NCBI GenBank assembly: GCA_045863395.1
Contig: BTVJ01000055.1
Coordinates: 1-50,073 of the forward strand
Length of the DNA: 50,073 bases
Source of the DNA: Myxococcales bacterium
GTDB lineage: Bacteria > Myxococcota_A > UBA9042 > JABWCM01 > BTVJ01
Reading direction: 5' to 3'
Part shown: positions 9,601 through 20,000 of the stretch, piece by piece
How the letters are laid out: each line of letters begins with the position of its first letter
How positions within the stretch are numbered: position 1 is the first letter of the stretch
Notes under the pieces: generated by a model
The model's input: the letters and a program-made list of their open reading frames with translations, nothing else
Told to the model about the DNA's origin: nothing
Databases searched by the model: none
Made by a program: the position numbers and the translations under genes

Positions 9601-9906
9601 CGCCGCCAGGGACGGCTCCACGGTGTCGTCCTCCAGGTACTCGGCCAGCATCAGCAGCGTCGCCATGCGCATGGTCTGGTAGGCGGCGAAGATCGCGTTG
9701 TGGACGCGCTCCCCTGCGGACAGCCCCGCGTCCCGCGCGTGGGCGAGCGGGTACGCCACGGGGAAGGGCAGGGCGTCCAGGTCCGTCCCCGTGTCCCCCT
9801 GCGGCTCCCGCTCCACGGGCGCGGCCTCTGCCTTGCTCCCACAGTCTCCGCAGAACCAGAACCGCCCGAGCGGCGCCATGGTACCGCCACACTGGTCGCA
9901 CTTCAT
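6637..9906 (-). CDS. STAND (NACHT-like) NTPase with N-terminal Zn ribbon, HEPN-like motif and C-terminal TPRs (about 1089 aa)
   Basis: ATG 9906 after GGAGGGAG; CDQC..CGDC; LRNERAH; Walker A GEAGSGKS; Walker B VILVLDALNE; SPLHLHL; FTHQRLCE; 48-aa TPR repeats LSVSLNNLGNLA. Confidence 0.85.
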   Translation of the reverse strand: MKCDQCGGTMAPLGRFWFCGDCGSKAEAAPVEREPQGDTGTDLDALPFPVAYPLAHARDAGLSAGERVHNAIFAAYQTMRMATLLMLAEYLEDDTVEPSLAAPIRGLQLPHWSEWTTLAGALVRFGRGELSVKPAGDALFGAVREGWAEVDRGRRPKGEDPWAPLLEGLPGSQGMARSANDAVWTLRNERAHRLGTRVTGDEGEAALLGRLLPLVERMAATVFPAGAVTLIRRVEPDGVIRLVGPHADGRFLAEDATAPLAGLLRRAPVAALVGDRGIPVHPLFVTLDADAADAPLAGAGLLEDAETGMVDGVTDKRVVILGVRRVARLPALAPEVGARLRSKLVELGRKKEDTHRWTVGEYAALTARQTLDEVRGRKYLPQCYVERQGVDDALLAALEQPGAAVLVLGEAGSGKSSLLARLVESLLEHGDHAAPPGKRRGSEVERYLATRGAGDVVVFLQGRQAYASAAGAPLAAALCDAVLVRLGVCPGEFADLGALLAQLGATAGRDTDAGRRVILVLDALNEADSFTDLMKALDQALPHVARHPWARLVVSLRQGAWASLVAAHRRAGLAGASPLEYARHLCRFQDPESTEEQEALALRPFTPEEAARAFAARRERLPQRSARLRWEQLGPELQHLLCSPLHLHLFHETWRGQDEVPPVVGERSLFDAYLDALAAELPGLGDTLAAVGRLLYDERRPDVPLDRALAWLDHWRAGRRPADLVARLDPIEELVAASVLLRPAEEGIGTDRSLVGYTFTHQRLCEQVLLRELERRMSPRELPTAEELLAWADLAEGDAGQAPFVELAGALEILAVRLVEAGEGGPLARLVSDEGHPVRAQVVSAGMTGLGPSRGLGASSLPAPLTSLAPLRQAALQSPDHAKWLDDAIWQERRRLEQTGASVAAEQVSLMLAEVLRAAVDASPDRADLQRDLSVSLNNLGNLARAAGRSDEARDFFQESLDVMRRLVQREPHRADLQRELSVSLNNLGNLARAAGRSDEARDFFQESLDVMRRLVQREPHRADLRVDLAISCWNFYLLSVGAAEERRWLVACLGELRVLRDAGLQHGQLEQLWGLATSALAGLGPVVE
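6831..7110. repeat. Exact 136-bp direct repeat with 144-bp period (TPR duplication)
   Basis: 6831-6966 reads identical to 6975-7110. Confidence 0.9.
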
Positions 9907-9998
9907 GGGCTCCCTCCTGGCAGTCTCAGGCGTCGCTCTCGCCCCGTGTCGCAAGAGGCGCGGCCACCGCCGGTCTGACACTTCCCCCTCGATGGTCC

Positions 9999-10430
9999 TC
10001 AGGGCGCCTTCGCCACCCACGCCGTCACAGCCGCGCAGAACGCCCGCAGGTCGGCGATGTCCGCCGGCAGCGACGCCAACATGCGAGCGACGTCGATGTC
10101 CAGATAGTCGTGAGCGAGGGCGTTGCGCAGCCCCACGGCCCGGCGAAGGTTCTTCGCCAGCTCGGCGGGCAGCACGCCCCGCACCTCGAGTACGGCGAAC
10201 GCCTGGGCGTAGGTCTCCGGCGTTGGCCAGGCCTCCGCCGCGACCAGGTGGCTCGCCACGTCGATGGTCGCCTGGACCGCGATCTCCAGCATGCGCTCCA
10301 CCGCGGCCACTGTCTCGATGCTCGCCAATACGGTGTCCCGGTCCCGCGCCGCAACGGAGGCGAGCCACTCGCACGACCGCTCGATGCGCTCGATGCGCGC
10401 GTCGATGCGCAGCCGGGTCCTCTTCGTCAT
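9999..10430 (-). CDS. HEPN (DUF86/HepT-like) RNase toxin
   Basis: AVERMLEIAVQATIDVASHLV, PETYAQAF, GLRNALAHDYLDID (RxxxxHxY). Confidence 0.92.
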   Translation of the reverse strand: MTKRTRLRIDARIERIERSCEWLASVAARDRDTVLASIETVAAVERMLEIAVQATIDVASHLVAAEAWPTPETYAQAFAVLEVRGVLPAELAKNLRRAVGLRNALAHDYLDIDVARMLASLPADIADLRAFCAAVTAWVAKAP

Positions 10431-10864
10431 CAAGGCTCCACCCCATACCGCCGCGCGCGCTCCCGCATGGCGATCTCGCGAAGGTGGCGCGCCTCCACGG
10501 CGCGGTGAAGTGCCCTGACTTGGAACTCGATGCGGGTGTCCGGGTCACGGTCCAGGAGGAGGCGGCCCTCCATGAGGATGCCGTGGGTCAGGAGCGCTGG
10601 CGCCTCCGGCAGCACGACGAGGTCCACCGCCTCGTCGGGGACTCCCAGGGCGTCCGCGGCGGCCACCTTCCAGCGGAAGCGGCGGCGCAGGGGGTTCTCG
10701 GTGCCCGCGTCCTCCGCGAGCACCGCCACGTCCACGTCGCTGTCGGCGCGGTGGTCACCGCGGGCGCGGCTGCCGAAGAGCCACACGGCGACGACTCCGG
10801 GCTCGGCGGCGAAGAGCGCGACCAGCGGGTCGAGGGACAGCGACGGTGGGAGCACGACACGCAT
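10430..10864 (-). CDS. MNT (MntA-like) nucleotidyltransferase antitoxin
   Basis: LFGSRARGDHRADSDVDVAV (GS-x10-DxD), VDLVVL; stop overlaps the HEPN start. Confidence 0.92.
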   Translation of the reverse strand: MRVVLPPSLSLDPLVALFAAEPGVVAVWLFGSRARGDHRADSDVDVAVLAEDAGTENPLRRRFRWKVAAADALGVPDEAVDLVVLPEAPALLTHGILMEGRLLLDRDPDTRIEFQVRALHRAVEARHLREIAMRERARRYGVEP

Positions 10865-10966
10865 GGGCCGGATGATACATGGCCCCTTCCGGGGTGCCAA
10901 GCTGGGACGCCGCGTTGCCCGCTTGGGAGCCTGCGCCCGGGCGCGCACTCGGCGCTCCGACGCGCG

Positions 10967-12418
10967 CTACCGCTGCGTCCAGAACTCCTCGAGGGGCAGC
11001 GGATACTCCCCCGTGAAGCAGGCGCTGCAGTGCCCGCCCACTCTGTCTCCGCGCACGGCGCGCATCATGCCCGCGTGGCTGAGATAGGCGAGGCTGTCGG
11101 CGCCGATGTGGTCGCGGATCTCCTCCACCGTCTTGCGGTGGGCGATCAGCTCCTCGTAAGTGGCCATGTCCACGCCCATGAAGCACGGGTGGCGGACCGG
11201 GGGCGAGCTGACCCGCACGTGGACCTCGGTCGCCCCGCCTTCGCGCATCAGCTTCACGAGCGGCCCCGAGGTGTTTCCGCGCACGATGGAGTCGTCGATG
11301 AGCACCACGCGCTTGCCTTCCAGGTTGGCCCGCAGCGGGTTGAACTTCAGGTGGACTCCGCTCCGCCGGAGCTGGTCGTTCGGCTGGATGAACGTGCGCC
11401 CGATGTAGCGGTTCTTGGTGAGGCCCTCCGTGTACGGAATCCCCGACTCCCGCGCGTACCCGATGGCCGCGGGCGTGGCGGAGTCCGGGACGCCGATCAC
11501 CACGTCCGCGTCCGCCGGCGCCTCTCTCGCCAGCTCCGCCCCGAGTCTCTGGCGCAGGAGGTGGATCGACTGGTCTTCGAGCAGAGAGTCCGGGCGCGCG
11601 AAGTAGACATACTCGAAGACGCAGAGCGATGGCGGCCCGGGCTCCCTGCCCACCGTCGCCCGCAGCCCCGACCCGTCGATGCGGACAATCTCGCCGGGCC
11701 GGACCTCCCGCACATAGCTCGCGCCGATTGTCCCCAAGGCGCAGGACTCGCTCGCGGCGACCCAGCCGCCGGGCATCTCTCCGAGACACAGCGGTCTGAG
11801 TCCGAGCGGATCCCGCACGGCATAGAGCGCCTCCCGGGTCAGGACCACCAGCGAGTAGGCGCCCTCCGCCTGCGCCATGAAGCTCTTGATGCGGGCCTCC
11901 CAGTCTGCGCCGTCCGCGTCTCCGCCGGGCGGGGGCGCCGCGAGCATCTGGGCGATCAGCTCCGTGTCCGACGAGGACATCAGGCCCACGCCGCGCTCCA
12001 GGAGCTTGCGTCGCAGGGTCTGGGCCAGCGTCAGGTTCCCGTTGTGGGCCACCCCGAGGGGGCCGTGCAGGGTCTCTACGAGATATGGCTGGGCGTTGGC
12101 GAGCTGGCTAACGCCCGTGGTCGAGTACCGCGTGTGGCCCACCGCCATGTGACCGCGCAGCGGCTTCAGGTGATCCTCGTGGAAGACCTGCGTCACGAGT
12201 CCCATGCCCCGGTGTACCTGGGCCGAGACACCGTCGCAGGTCGCGATCCCCGCGCTCTCCTGGCCGCGGTGCTGGAGCGCATAGAGCGCGAAGAAGGTCA
12301 GGCGCCCGACGTCCGCGCCCGGGGCGTAGATGCCGAAGACTCCGCACTCCTCCCGGGGTCTGTCGAGAGCGTCGTCCCGGGTCCAGTCCACCGGGGAGTC
12401 TCCCGCAGGCCCGCTCAT
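10967..12418 (-). CDS. purF: Amidophosphoribosyltransferase
   Basis: Propeptide [48 protein letters not shown]. Confidence 0.98.
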   Translation of the reverse strand: MSGPAGDSPVDWTRDDALDRPREECGVFGIYAPGADVGRLTFFALYALQHRGQESAGIATCDGVSAQVHRGMGLVTQVFHEDHLKPLRGHMAVGHTRYSTTGVSQLANAQPYLVETLHGPLGVAHNGNLTLAQTLRRKLLERGVGLMSSSDTELIAQMLAAPPPGGDADGADWEARIKSFMAQAEGAYSLVVLTREALYAVRDPLGLRPLCLGEMPGGWVAASESCALGTIGASYVREVRPGEIVRIDGSGLRATVGREPGPPSLCVFEYVYFARPDSLLEDQSIHLLRQRLGAELAREAPADADVVIGVPDSATPAAIGYARESGIPYTEGLTKNRYIGRTFIQPNDQLRRSGVHLKFNPLRANLEGKRVVLIDDSIVRGNTSGPLVKLMREGGATEVHVRVSSPPVRHPCFMGVDMATYEELIAHRKTVEEIRDHIGADSLAYLSHAGMMRAVRGDRVGGHCSACFTGEYPLPLEEFWTQR

Positions 12419-13374
12419 ACGAGCCCCTCGATCACTGCGCGAATCCGCTCGGCGCCACCAGCGGCGGGCACGAACGGCCTCCCGGTCAATCCCTCGCACA
12501 CCGCGATGTACCGCTCCGCCACCCGCGCCACCTCCGGCGCGGGCATCACCGGCGGCGTGCCCTCCCCGCGATACCCCTGCGCCGCGAACCAGAGCCTCAG
12601 AAACTCCTTGTCCCAGTGCTCGGGCGTACCCCCGCGCTCCCAGTCGTCGAGGCGCCAGAAGCGGCTCGAGTCCGGCGTGTGGACCTCGTCGATGAGCGCC
12701 AGATCGCCGTCGATGAGGCCCAGCTCGTACTTGGTGTCGACCAGCACGAATCCGGCCGCACGCGCGACCTCCTGCCCTCTCCTAAACACCGCCAGGGCCA
12801 CGTCCACCGCCTTCTGCCACAGACTCTTCTCGACCAGCCCCCTCGACACCACCTCCTCGCTGGTCAGTCTCTCGTCGTGCCCCCCCGCCGCCGCCTTGGT
12901 CGTCGGCGTGACCACCGGCTCCGGCAGGCGGTCGTTCTTGCGGAGCCCTGCGGGCAGGTCGAGCCCATACGGGCGCTCGACTCCCCGCTCGTACAAGGTC
13001 CAGAGCGCCGTGTCGGTGACCCCCGTGATGTGTCCGCGGACCACCACCTCCACCGGCAGGGCGGCCGCCTCGCGCACGACCATGACGTTGGGGTCTGGCA
13101 CCGCGATCAGGTGGTTTGCCACCAGGTCCCGGGTCTCCTGCAGCCAGAAGGCCGTCAGCTCCGTCAGCACCTGGCCCTTGTACGGGATCACGCCCAGCAC
13201 CCGGTCGAAGGCGCTCACCCGGTCGGTGGTCACGAGGACGCGCTTCCCCTCCAAGAGCAGCATGTCCCGCACCTTGCCGCTCGCGATCTCTCCACCGAGC
13301 CCGCCAATCCCGGCGAGATCCACGCCCCGAATGGCCCCCGGGACGGCCGCCTCCAGCTCCTGCAACGTCAGCAC
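12415..13374 (-). CDS. purC: SAICAR synthase
   Basis: [56 protein letters not shown] start inferred. Confidence 0.97.
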   Translation of the reverse strand: MLTLQELEAAVPGAIRGVDLAGIGGLGGEIASGKVRDMLLLEGKRVLVTTDRVSAFDRVLGVIPYKGQVLTELTAFWLQETRDLVANHLIAVPDPNVMVVREAAALPVEVVVRGHITGVTDTALWTLYERGVERPYGLDLPAGLRKNDRLPEPVVTPTTKAAAGGHDERLTSEEVVSRGLVEKSLWQKAVDVALAVFRRGQEVARAAGFVLVDTKYELGLIDGDLALIDEVHTPDSSRFWRLDDWERGGTPEHWDKEFLRLWFAAQGYRGEGTPPVMPAPEVARVAERYIAVCEGLTGRPFVPAAGGAERIRAVIEGLV

Positions 13375-14756
13375 GTGCCACCTCTCGCTCGCTGCGCCAG
13401 GGCCCGCGCCCGCTCCGGCGCGTCTCCGACATACCCGACCGGATCCAGCCACCCCCGGATCTCCTCCGCGGTCGCCCACGCCAGGAGCCGCGCGTCTCCG
13501 CACAGCCCCGCGACCAGCGCGTTGCCGCCGCCGGCCGCCCACGCCTCCATGGACCGCTCGCGGATCACCTCGTGCAGCTCCTGCCGGCTCGCCCCCCGGC
13601 GCACGGTCTCCATGAGGACGCGCTCCGTCGCGGCGAAGACCCCGTAGGCCTCGAGGAGCCGCCGCGACGCCCCCGTGTCCACGCGCAGCCCCTCCACGAG
13701 ATGCAGCCCGCGCCGCAGGATCTCGTCCGAGATCAAGAACGCCTCGGGCAGCACGCTCCGGCGGTTGGCCGAGTCGTCGAGCGTCCGCTCCAGCAGGCTG
13801 TGGGCCGCGTTGTCCCAGGCCACTCTCGGCAGCGCCGCCAGGTGCCGCGCCAGGGAGTCGATGTTCTCGGCGACGATGGGGTTCCGCTTGAAGGGCATGG
13901 CGCTCGACCCGATCTGCTTTGCCCCGAAGGGCTCCGCCCACTCGCCGAGCACCGGAGATTGGAGCAGCCGCAGGTCGAACGCGAACTTGTAGAGGGTCTG
14001 GCCGAGGCCCGCCAGCGCCGTCACCACGACGAGATCCTGCTTGCGGGGATACGTCTGGGTCGCCACGTCGAAGGCATCGAGCCCCAGGGCGCCCATCACC
14101 TGGGCCTCCAGCTCCGCCGGAGACACCCCCGTCCCCGCCAGCAACTGCATATACGAAGCCGACGTGCCCGTCGCCCCCTTGAAGCCCTTGCCGCGCACCC
14201 CACTGCGCACCAGCCGCAGCGACAGGCGGTCCTCCAGCAGGTCCTGGAGGTGCTGCGCCAGGCGATACCCCACTGTGGTCGGCTCCGCCGGCTGGAGGTG
14301 GGTGAAGGCCATGGTCGGCTCGTCCGCCCAGCGCTCCACCTGGTCGGCGAGCGCCCCGACCAGTGCGTCTACTCGCGCCAGCACCAGGTCGAGTCCAATC
14401 CTGATCCGCAGGGCGTCCGCGTTGTCCTCGATGTCCATCGAGGTGGCCCCGAGGTGGATGATCCCCCCGCCGATCGGGCACTGGGCCGCGTAGACGTGGA
14501 CCTCCGCCATCAGGTCGTGCTTGACCTCCTCCTCGATGCGGTGCGCCGCGTCCACGTCCACGTCCCCCACATGGGCGCGGAGGTCCTGCACCTGCTCGGC
14601 GCTCACGAGGCCCGCCCGCCGCTGCGCGTCTGCCAGGGCCACCCAGATGCGCCGCCAGGTCCGGCGCTTGGCGGCCTCGCTCCAGAGCGCCCGCATCTCG
14701 GCCGACCCATACCGCCACGTGAAAGGCGAGAGGAAGTCTTCCCAGCCGTAGCTCAC
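13368..14756 (-). CDS. purB: Adenylosuccinate lyase
   Basis: [43 protein letters not shown] start overlaps the purA stop. Confidence 0.97.
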   Translation of the reverse strand: MSYGWEDFLSPFTWRYGSAEMRALWSEAAKRRTWRRIWVALADAQRRAGLVSAEQVQDLRAHVGDVDVDAAHRIEEEVKHDLMAEVHVYAAQCPIGGGIIHLGATSMDIEDNADALRIRIGLDLVLARVDALVGALADQVERWADEPTMAFTHLQPAEPTTVGYRLAQHLQDLLEDRLSLRLVRSGVRGKGFKGATGTSASYMQLLAGTGVSPAELEAQVMGALGLDAFDVATQTYPRKQDLVVVTALAGLGQTLYKFAFDLRLLQSPVLGEWAEPFGAKQIGSSAMPFKRNPIVAENIDSLARHLAALPRVAWDNAAHSLLERTLDDSANRRSVLPEAFLISDEILRRGLHLVEGLRVDTGASRRLLEAYGVFAATERVLMETVRRGASRQELHEVIRERSMEAWAAGGGNALVAGLCGDARLLAWATAEEIRGWLDPVGYVGDAPERARALAQRARGGTC

Positions 14757-16039
14757 GGCGCCTCCTTCCGCTTCTCGACGACCATCAGGCTGTCCCGCTC
14801 GGGCCCCACCGACACGTACTTGATGGGCACCCCCGCCAGTGCCCCAATCCGGCTCAGGTACGCCCGCGCCTTGTCCGGCAGCTCTCCCCACGCGCGGCAG
14901 TCTCGCGTCGACGTGCGCCAGCCCTCCCAGGTCTCATAGACCGGCTCCACCGCCCCCAGCGCCGACGTGTCCGGCACGGTGGTGAGCACCTTGCCGTCCA
15001 CCTTGTAGCCCACGCAGATCTTCAGCTCCTTCAGCGAGTCGAGCACGTCGAGCTTGGTGATGGCCAGCGACGTGAAGCCGTTGAGCCACGCCGCGTACCC
15101 GATGGCGACCCCGTCGAACCACCCGCACCGCCTCGGCCGGCCCGTCGTCGCGCCATACTCCTTGCCCACGTCCCGCAGCTTCTGCCCCACCTCGTCGTGC
15201 AGCTCCGTCGGCAGGGGGCCCGCCCCAACGGCGGTCGTGTAGGCCTTGACCACTCCGACCACCTCCCGGATCAGGCTGCCCGGGATGCCCGCCCCCGCGC
15301 TCGCCGCCCCGGCCACTGGGTTCGACGAGGTCACATACGGGTAGGTGCCCCAGTCCAGGTCCCGCATCACGCCGAGCTGCCCCTCCAGCAGCACGCTCTT
15401 GCCGCCCCGCACCGCGCCTTGAATCATGGGCAGCGTGTCCACGATGCGCGGCCCGAGCGCCTTGGACCAGCGCTTCGCTGCCTCCATGGTCGCCTCCAGG
15501 TCCACGCCCTCACCCCCCAGCGACGTCAGCAGCCGGTTCTTCGCCTCCAGGATGAGGTTCAGGCGCTGGCGCAGGTAGCCGAGATCCTTCAGGTCTCCGA
15601 GGCGCACCCCGAACCGCGCCGCCTTGTCGGCGTAGGCCGGCCCGATGCCCCGCTTGGTGGTGCCGAGCTGGCTGCCGCTCCGCACCTTCTCCTCCAGCTC
15701 GTCCTGGAGCCGGTGCCACGGCATGAGCATCTGCGCCCGCTCGCTGAGCCAGAGGTTGTCGAGGGGCACCTTGGCGTCGGTCAGCGCCTTCATCTCCACG
15801 AGCAGGGACTCCGGGTTGACCACGCAGCCCGTCCCGATGATGCACCGCGTCTGGGCGTTGAAGATGCCCGACGGGATCAGGTGCAGCGCGAAGGTCCCGT
15901 GTTCATTGATCACCGTGTGGCCGGCGTTGTCGCCCCCTTGATAGCGGATGACCATGTCCGCCTTCTGGGCGAGCCAGTCCACGATGCGCCCCTTGCCCTC
16001 GTCCCCCCACTGGGCCCCGACCACCGCCGTCACGCTCAT
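14753..16039 (-). CDS. purA: Adenylosuccinate synthetase
   Basis: [56 protein letters not shown]. Confidence 0.98.
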   Translation of the reverse strand: MSVTAVVGAQWGDEGKGRIVDWLAQKADMVIRYQGGDNAGHTVINEHGTFALHLIPSGIFNAQTRCIIGTGCVVNPESLLVEMKALTDAKVPLDNLWLSERAQMLMPWHRLQDELEEKVRSGSQLGTTKRGIGPAYADKAARFGVRLGDLKDLGYLRQRLNLILEAKNRLLTSLGGEGVDLEATMEAAKRWSKALGPRIVDTLPMIQGAVRGGKSVLLEGQLGVMRDLDWGTYPYVTSSNPVAGAASAGAGIPGSLIREVVGVVKAYTTAVGAGPLPTELHDEVGQKLRDVGKEYGATTGRPRRCGWFDGVAIGYAAWLNGFTSLAITKLDVLDSLKELKICVGYKVDGKVLTTVPDTSALGAVEPVYETWEGWRTSTRDCRAWGELPDKARAYLSRIGALAGVPIKYVSVGPERDSLMVVEKRKEAP

Positions 16040-16800
16040 CACGCACCTCCGAGCTGGGCCGCATAGCGGACGCCCGCCGCGAACAATGGGAGCCCCGACC
16101 CGCCGCGCTCGCCGCGGTGGAACCGCGGGTGCTGCTCCGGGACCACGTAGTTCTCCGGGTGGGGCATGAGGCCGAGCACGTTGCCCGCGGGGTTGCACAA
16201 GCCCGCGATGTCGTTGGCCGAGCCGTTGGGGTTCTGGGGATACCCGCTCCCGTAGCGCAGCGCCACGAGCCCCCGTCCCTCAATCTCGGCCAGCACCCCC
16301 TCGTCGCACGCCACCTTGCCCTCGCCGTGGGCCACGGGGCACATGATCTCCTCGACGCCCTGCGTGAACACGCACGGGCTCGCCGCGTTCGCCGCCAGCG
16401 TCACCCAGCGGCACTCGAAGCGCGCCGAGTCGTTGCGGGTGAGCGTCACGGCCTGCCTCTGCGCCATCGTCTCGCCCAGCCCCGGCAGCAGCCCCGCCTT
16501 GACCAGCACCTGGAAGCCGTTGCAGATGCCCAGGACCGGCCGCCCGCCCTCGACGAACTCCGTCAGCTCGTCCCGCAGCCGGTGCCGCAGAGCCACCGCC
16601 CAGAGCTTGCCCGCCCCCAGGTCGTCGCCGTAGCTGAAGCCGCCGGGCAGCACCAGCATGGCGTGGTCCCGCAGCCGCACCGACCCCAGCTCGTTGACGT
16701 GGGCGATGCGCGGCGCCCCTCCGGCCAGCTCGACGGCCCACGCGGCGTCCTTGTCCCGGTTGGTGCCGGTCGCCGCGAGGATCAGGACGGGTACGCTCAT
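16039..16800 (-). CDS. purQ: FGAM synthase glutaminase subunit
   Basis: [37 protein letters not shown]. Confidence 0.97.
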   Translation of the reverse strand: MSVPVLILAATGTNRDKDAAWAVELAGGAPRIAHVNELGSVRLRDHAMLVLPGGFSYGDDLGAGKLWAVALRHRLRDELTEFVEGGRPVLGICNGFQVLVKAGLLPGLGETMAQRQAVTLTRNDSARFECRWVTLAANAASPCVFTQGVEEIMCPVAHGEGKVACDEGVLAEIEGRGLVALRYGSGYPQNPNGSANDIAGLCNPAGNVLGLMPHPENYVVPEQHPRFHRGERGGSGLPLFAAGVRYAAQLGGA

Positions 16801-19800
16801 GGAGTCACCTTCCGTCGCGCGGTGTAGCGGTGCCAGGGGTGGGCGTGCAGGCTGACGCCCCGCGCCAGCGCCGCGATGATGCGCCGGGCCAGCCACAGCT
16901 CGGTGGTCAGCGGTATGTCCAGGTCGACGGCCGACCGGCGCACGGACACGCCCGGCGCGTCCTGACCCGGGTCATCGTGCGGGATGCTGATCACCCAGTC
17001 CACCGTCCCGTCGCGGAGCAGGCCCAGCGCGCGCGGTCGCAGCGTGTCCCGCGGGTCCGTCGTGACCTCGGTGTGCGGCACCGACGCCTCCCGCAGCACG
17101 GCCGCCGTCTCGGGCGTCGCCCAGAGCCCGCGCCCCTGCCGCACGAGCTCCCAGGCGTCGGCGACCACCTTGTGGCGCTCCCGCTCGGGCCCCACGCACA
17201 AGAGCACGTCCCGCCGCGGCACCCGGAACCCCGTCGCCAGCAGCCCCTTGAGCAGCGCCTCGTCCGCGTCCTCGCCGAAGCAGGCGACCTCGCCCGTGGA
17301 CGCCATCTCCACGCCGAGGCGCGGGTCCGCCCCCCGCAAGCGCGAGAACGAGAACATGGGCACCTTCACCGCCGTGTAGTCCAGGTCGAGGGGGTCCCAG
17401 CCCGCCGGCAGCTCGCAGGGCACCCCGAGGATCGCGCGGGTCGCCACGTCGATGAAGTTGGACCCCAGGACCTTCGAAACGAACGGGAAGCTGCGAGACG
17501 CCCGCAGGTTGCACTCGATGACCTTCACCCGGTCGTTGCGCGCCAGGAGCTGCACGTTGAAGGGCCCCGTCACGTCCAGGGCCGCCGCGAGCTGCTCCGC
17601 CACGCGGCGCGCCTGCCGCACCGTCCCCAGATACAGCCGGTGGGGCGGCAGCACGAGCGTCGCGTCGCCGCTGTGGACGCCAGCGTTCTCGATGTGCTCC
17701 GAGATGGCCCACCGGACGATTCGCCCGCGGCAGGCGACGGCGTCCACCTCCACCTCGCGGGCCTGGCGCTCGAACTTGCTGATGACGACCGGGTGCTCCC
17801 GCGACACCTCGGTCGCCCGCCCGAGGAAGCGCCGGAGCTGGTCCGCGTCGTGCGCCACCCGCATGGCGGCCCCGGACAGCACATAGGACGGGCGCACCAG
17901 CACCGGGAAGCCCCCGAGGCCCCGCACCACCTCGTCCAGGTCGTCGAGCCCGAGGGCCCGCGCCCAGCGCGGCTGCTCGATGCCCAGCTCGTCGAGGAGC
18001 GCCGAGAACTTCTGCCGGTCCTCGGCCCGGTCGATCTGCTCCGGCGCCGTCCCGAGGATGCGCACCCCCGCCCGGTGCAGCGCCATCACCAGGTTGTTGG
18101 CCGTCTGCCCGCCCATGGAGACCAGCACGCCCTTCAGGTCCCCCGCGTCCCACAGCGCGAGCACCGTCTCGGCGCTGATCTCGTCGAAGATCAGGCGGTC
18201 GCACACATCGTAGTCGGTGGAGACCGTCTCCGGGTTGCAGTTGAGCAGCGTCGTCTCGTAGCCGAGGGCGCGGCTCGCCCGCGCCGCGGTCACGGCGCAC
18301 CAGTCGAACTCCACGCTGGAGCCGATGCGGTAGGCGCCGGAGCCGAGGACGAGCACCTTCTTGGCGGGTGTCCACGCCCCGTCGCTCTTGTCCGCGTGCC
18401 ACGTCAGGTAGGCGTAGTTGGTCTGCGCCGGGAACTCGCCGGCCAGGGTGTCGATCTGCGCCAGGTGGGGGCGCAGGCCCAGAGCGCGGCGTCGCCCCCG
18501 GACGGCCTCCTCGCTCACGCCGAGCAGGCGCCCGAGGCCCCGGTCCGAGTAGCCGTCCTGCTTGGCGGCGCGCAGCTCCTGCGCCGACAGCTCCTCCAGA
18601 TGCCGCCCCCGCAGCGCCTCCCCGTGCAGCACGCAGCGCCGGATCTCGCTCAAGAAGAACCTGTCGATGCGGCACAGCTCGTGGACCCGGTCGAGGCTCC
18701 AGCCGTCCCGCAAGGCGCGCGCCACGCTCAAGATGCGCCGCGGCGAGGGGGTCGCCACGGCGGCCTCAGTCAGCTCGCCCGCGTCCGGGTCCAGGCCGTC
18801 GAGGCCGATCTCGAGCATCCGCAGGGCCTTCTGGAGCGCCTCGGGCACGGTGCGCCCGATGGACATCACCTCCCCGACGGACTTCATCTCGGGGCCCAGG
18901 GTCTGGTCGACGCCGACGAACTTCTCCAGGTCCCAGCGCGGGATCTTGCAGACCACGTAGTCGAGCGCGGGCTCGAAGAAGGCGGTCGTCGTGCCGGTGA
19001 CCGCGTTGGGGATCTCGGGCAGCGTTGCGCCGAGCGCGATCTTCGCGGCCACGTAGGCGAGCGGGTAGCCCGTCGCCTTCGACGCCAGCGCCGACGACCG
19101 CGACAGGCGCGCGTTGACCTCGATGACCCGGTACTCGCGGCTGTGCGGGTCCAGGGCATATTGAATGTTGCACTCGCCGACCACCCCCAGGTGCCGGATG
19201 GTGCGCAGCGCCAGGTCCCGCAGGAGCTGCGCCTCGGTGTCGTCCAGGGTCTGGGTCGGCGCCACCACGATGGACTCGCCCGTGTGCACCCCCATGGGGT
19301 CCACGTTCTCCAGGGCGCAGACGGTGATGCAGTTGTCCGCGCCGTCGCGGACCACCTCCACCTCGATCTCCTTCCAGCCCGCCAGGTACTCCTCGACGAG
19401 CACCTGGCGCACGCTCGCCAGCGCCCGGGTCGCGGCCGCCATGCACTCGGGCGCCGTCCGCACCAGCGCCGAGCCGCGCCCGCCGAGCGCGAAGGCGCCG
19501 CGCAGGATGACGGGGTAGCCGATCTCCGCCGCCGCAGCGAGCACGCCCTCGACGGTGGTGACCGCCCGGCTCCGGGCCGTCTTGACCCCGATCTGCGCCA
19601 GCGCGTCGTTGAAGAGCTGCCGGTCCTCCGTGACCCGGATCGTCTCGACCGGCGTCCCGAGCACCCGCACGCCGTGCTTCAGAAGCACGCCGCTCTCCGC
19701 CAGCTCCAGCCCGCAGTTGAGGGCCGTCTGCCCACCGAAGCCGAGCAGGATCCCGTCGATGCGCTCCCGCACGATCACCTGCTCTACGAAGGCTGGCGTC

Positions 19801-20000
19801 ACCGGCAGCAGGTAGACGGCCTGCGCCAGCTCGTGGCTGGTCTGGATGGTCGCGATGTTCGGGTTGATCAGGATGCCGGCGACCCCCTCCTCCCGCAGCG
19901 CCTTCAGCGCCTGGGCCCCCGAGTAGTCGAACTCGCCGGCCTGGCCGATCTGGAGCGCGCCCGAGCCGAGCACGAGCACGCGACGAGGGCGCGCGCTCAC
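16797..20000 (-). CDS. carB: Carbamoyl-phosphate synthase large subunit
   Basis: IGQAGEFDYSG, GGQTALN, SRSSALASKATG, NCNPETVSTDYD, RPSYVLSG, GVHSGDA; GTG start overlaps the carA stop. Confidence 0.97.
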   Translation of the reverse strand: MSARPRRVLVLGSGALQIGQAGEFDYSGAQALKALREEGVAGILINPNIATIQTSHELAQAVYLLPVTPAFVEQVIVRERIDGILLGFGGQTALNCGLELAESGVLLKHGVRVLGTPVETIRVTEDRQLFNDALAQIGVKTARSRAVTTVEGVLAAAAEIGYPVILRGAFALGGRGSALVRTAPECMAAATRALASVRQVLVEEYLAGWKEIEVEVVRDGADNCITVCALENVDPMGVHTGESIVVAPTQTLDDTEAQLLRDLALRTIRHLGVVGECNIQYALDPHSREYRVIEVNARLSRSSALASKATGYPLAYVAAKIALGATLPEIPNAVTGTTTAFFEPALDYVVCKIPRWDLEKFVGVDQTLGPEMKSVGEVMSIGRTVPEALQKALRMLEIGLDGLDPDAGELTEAAVATPSPRRILSVARALRDGWSLDRVHELCRIDRFFLSEIRRCVLHGEALRGRHLEELSAQELRAAKQDGYSDRGLGRLLGVSEEAVRGRRRALGLRPHLAQIDTLAGEFPAQTNYAYLTWHADKSDGAWTPAKKVLVLGSGAYRIGSSVEFDWCAVTAARASRALGYETTLLNCNPETVSTDYDVCDRLIFDEISAETVLALWDAGDLKGVLVSMGGQTANNLVMALHRAGVRILGTAPEQIDRAEDRQKFSALLDELGIEQPRWARALGLDDLDEVVRGLGGFPVLVRPSYVLSGAAMRVAHDADQLRRFLGRATEVSREHPVVISKFERQAREVEVDAVACRGRIVRWAISEHIENAGVHSGDATLVLPPHRLYLGTVRQARRVAEQLAAALDVTGPFNVQLLARNDRVKVIECNLRASRSFPFVSKVLGSNFIDVATRAILGVPCELPAGWDPLDLDYTAVKVPMFSFSRLRGADPRLGVEMASTGEVACFGEDADEALLKGLLATGFRVPRRDVLLCVGPERERHKVVADAWELVRQGRGLWATPETAAVLREASVPHTEVTTDPRDTLRPRALGLLRDGTVDWVISIPHDDPGQDAPGVSVRRSAVDLDIPLTTELWLARRIIAALARGVSLHAHPWHRYTARRKVTP

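Noticed and set aside
9907..10548. N-terminal extension of the STAND ORF to 1303 aa
   Set aside because: It overlaps the HEPN/MNT genes in another frame; ATG 9906 has a good RBS. ORF-track extensions of purC, carB, mukE and lysR were trimmed on similar grounds.
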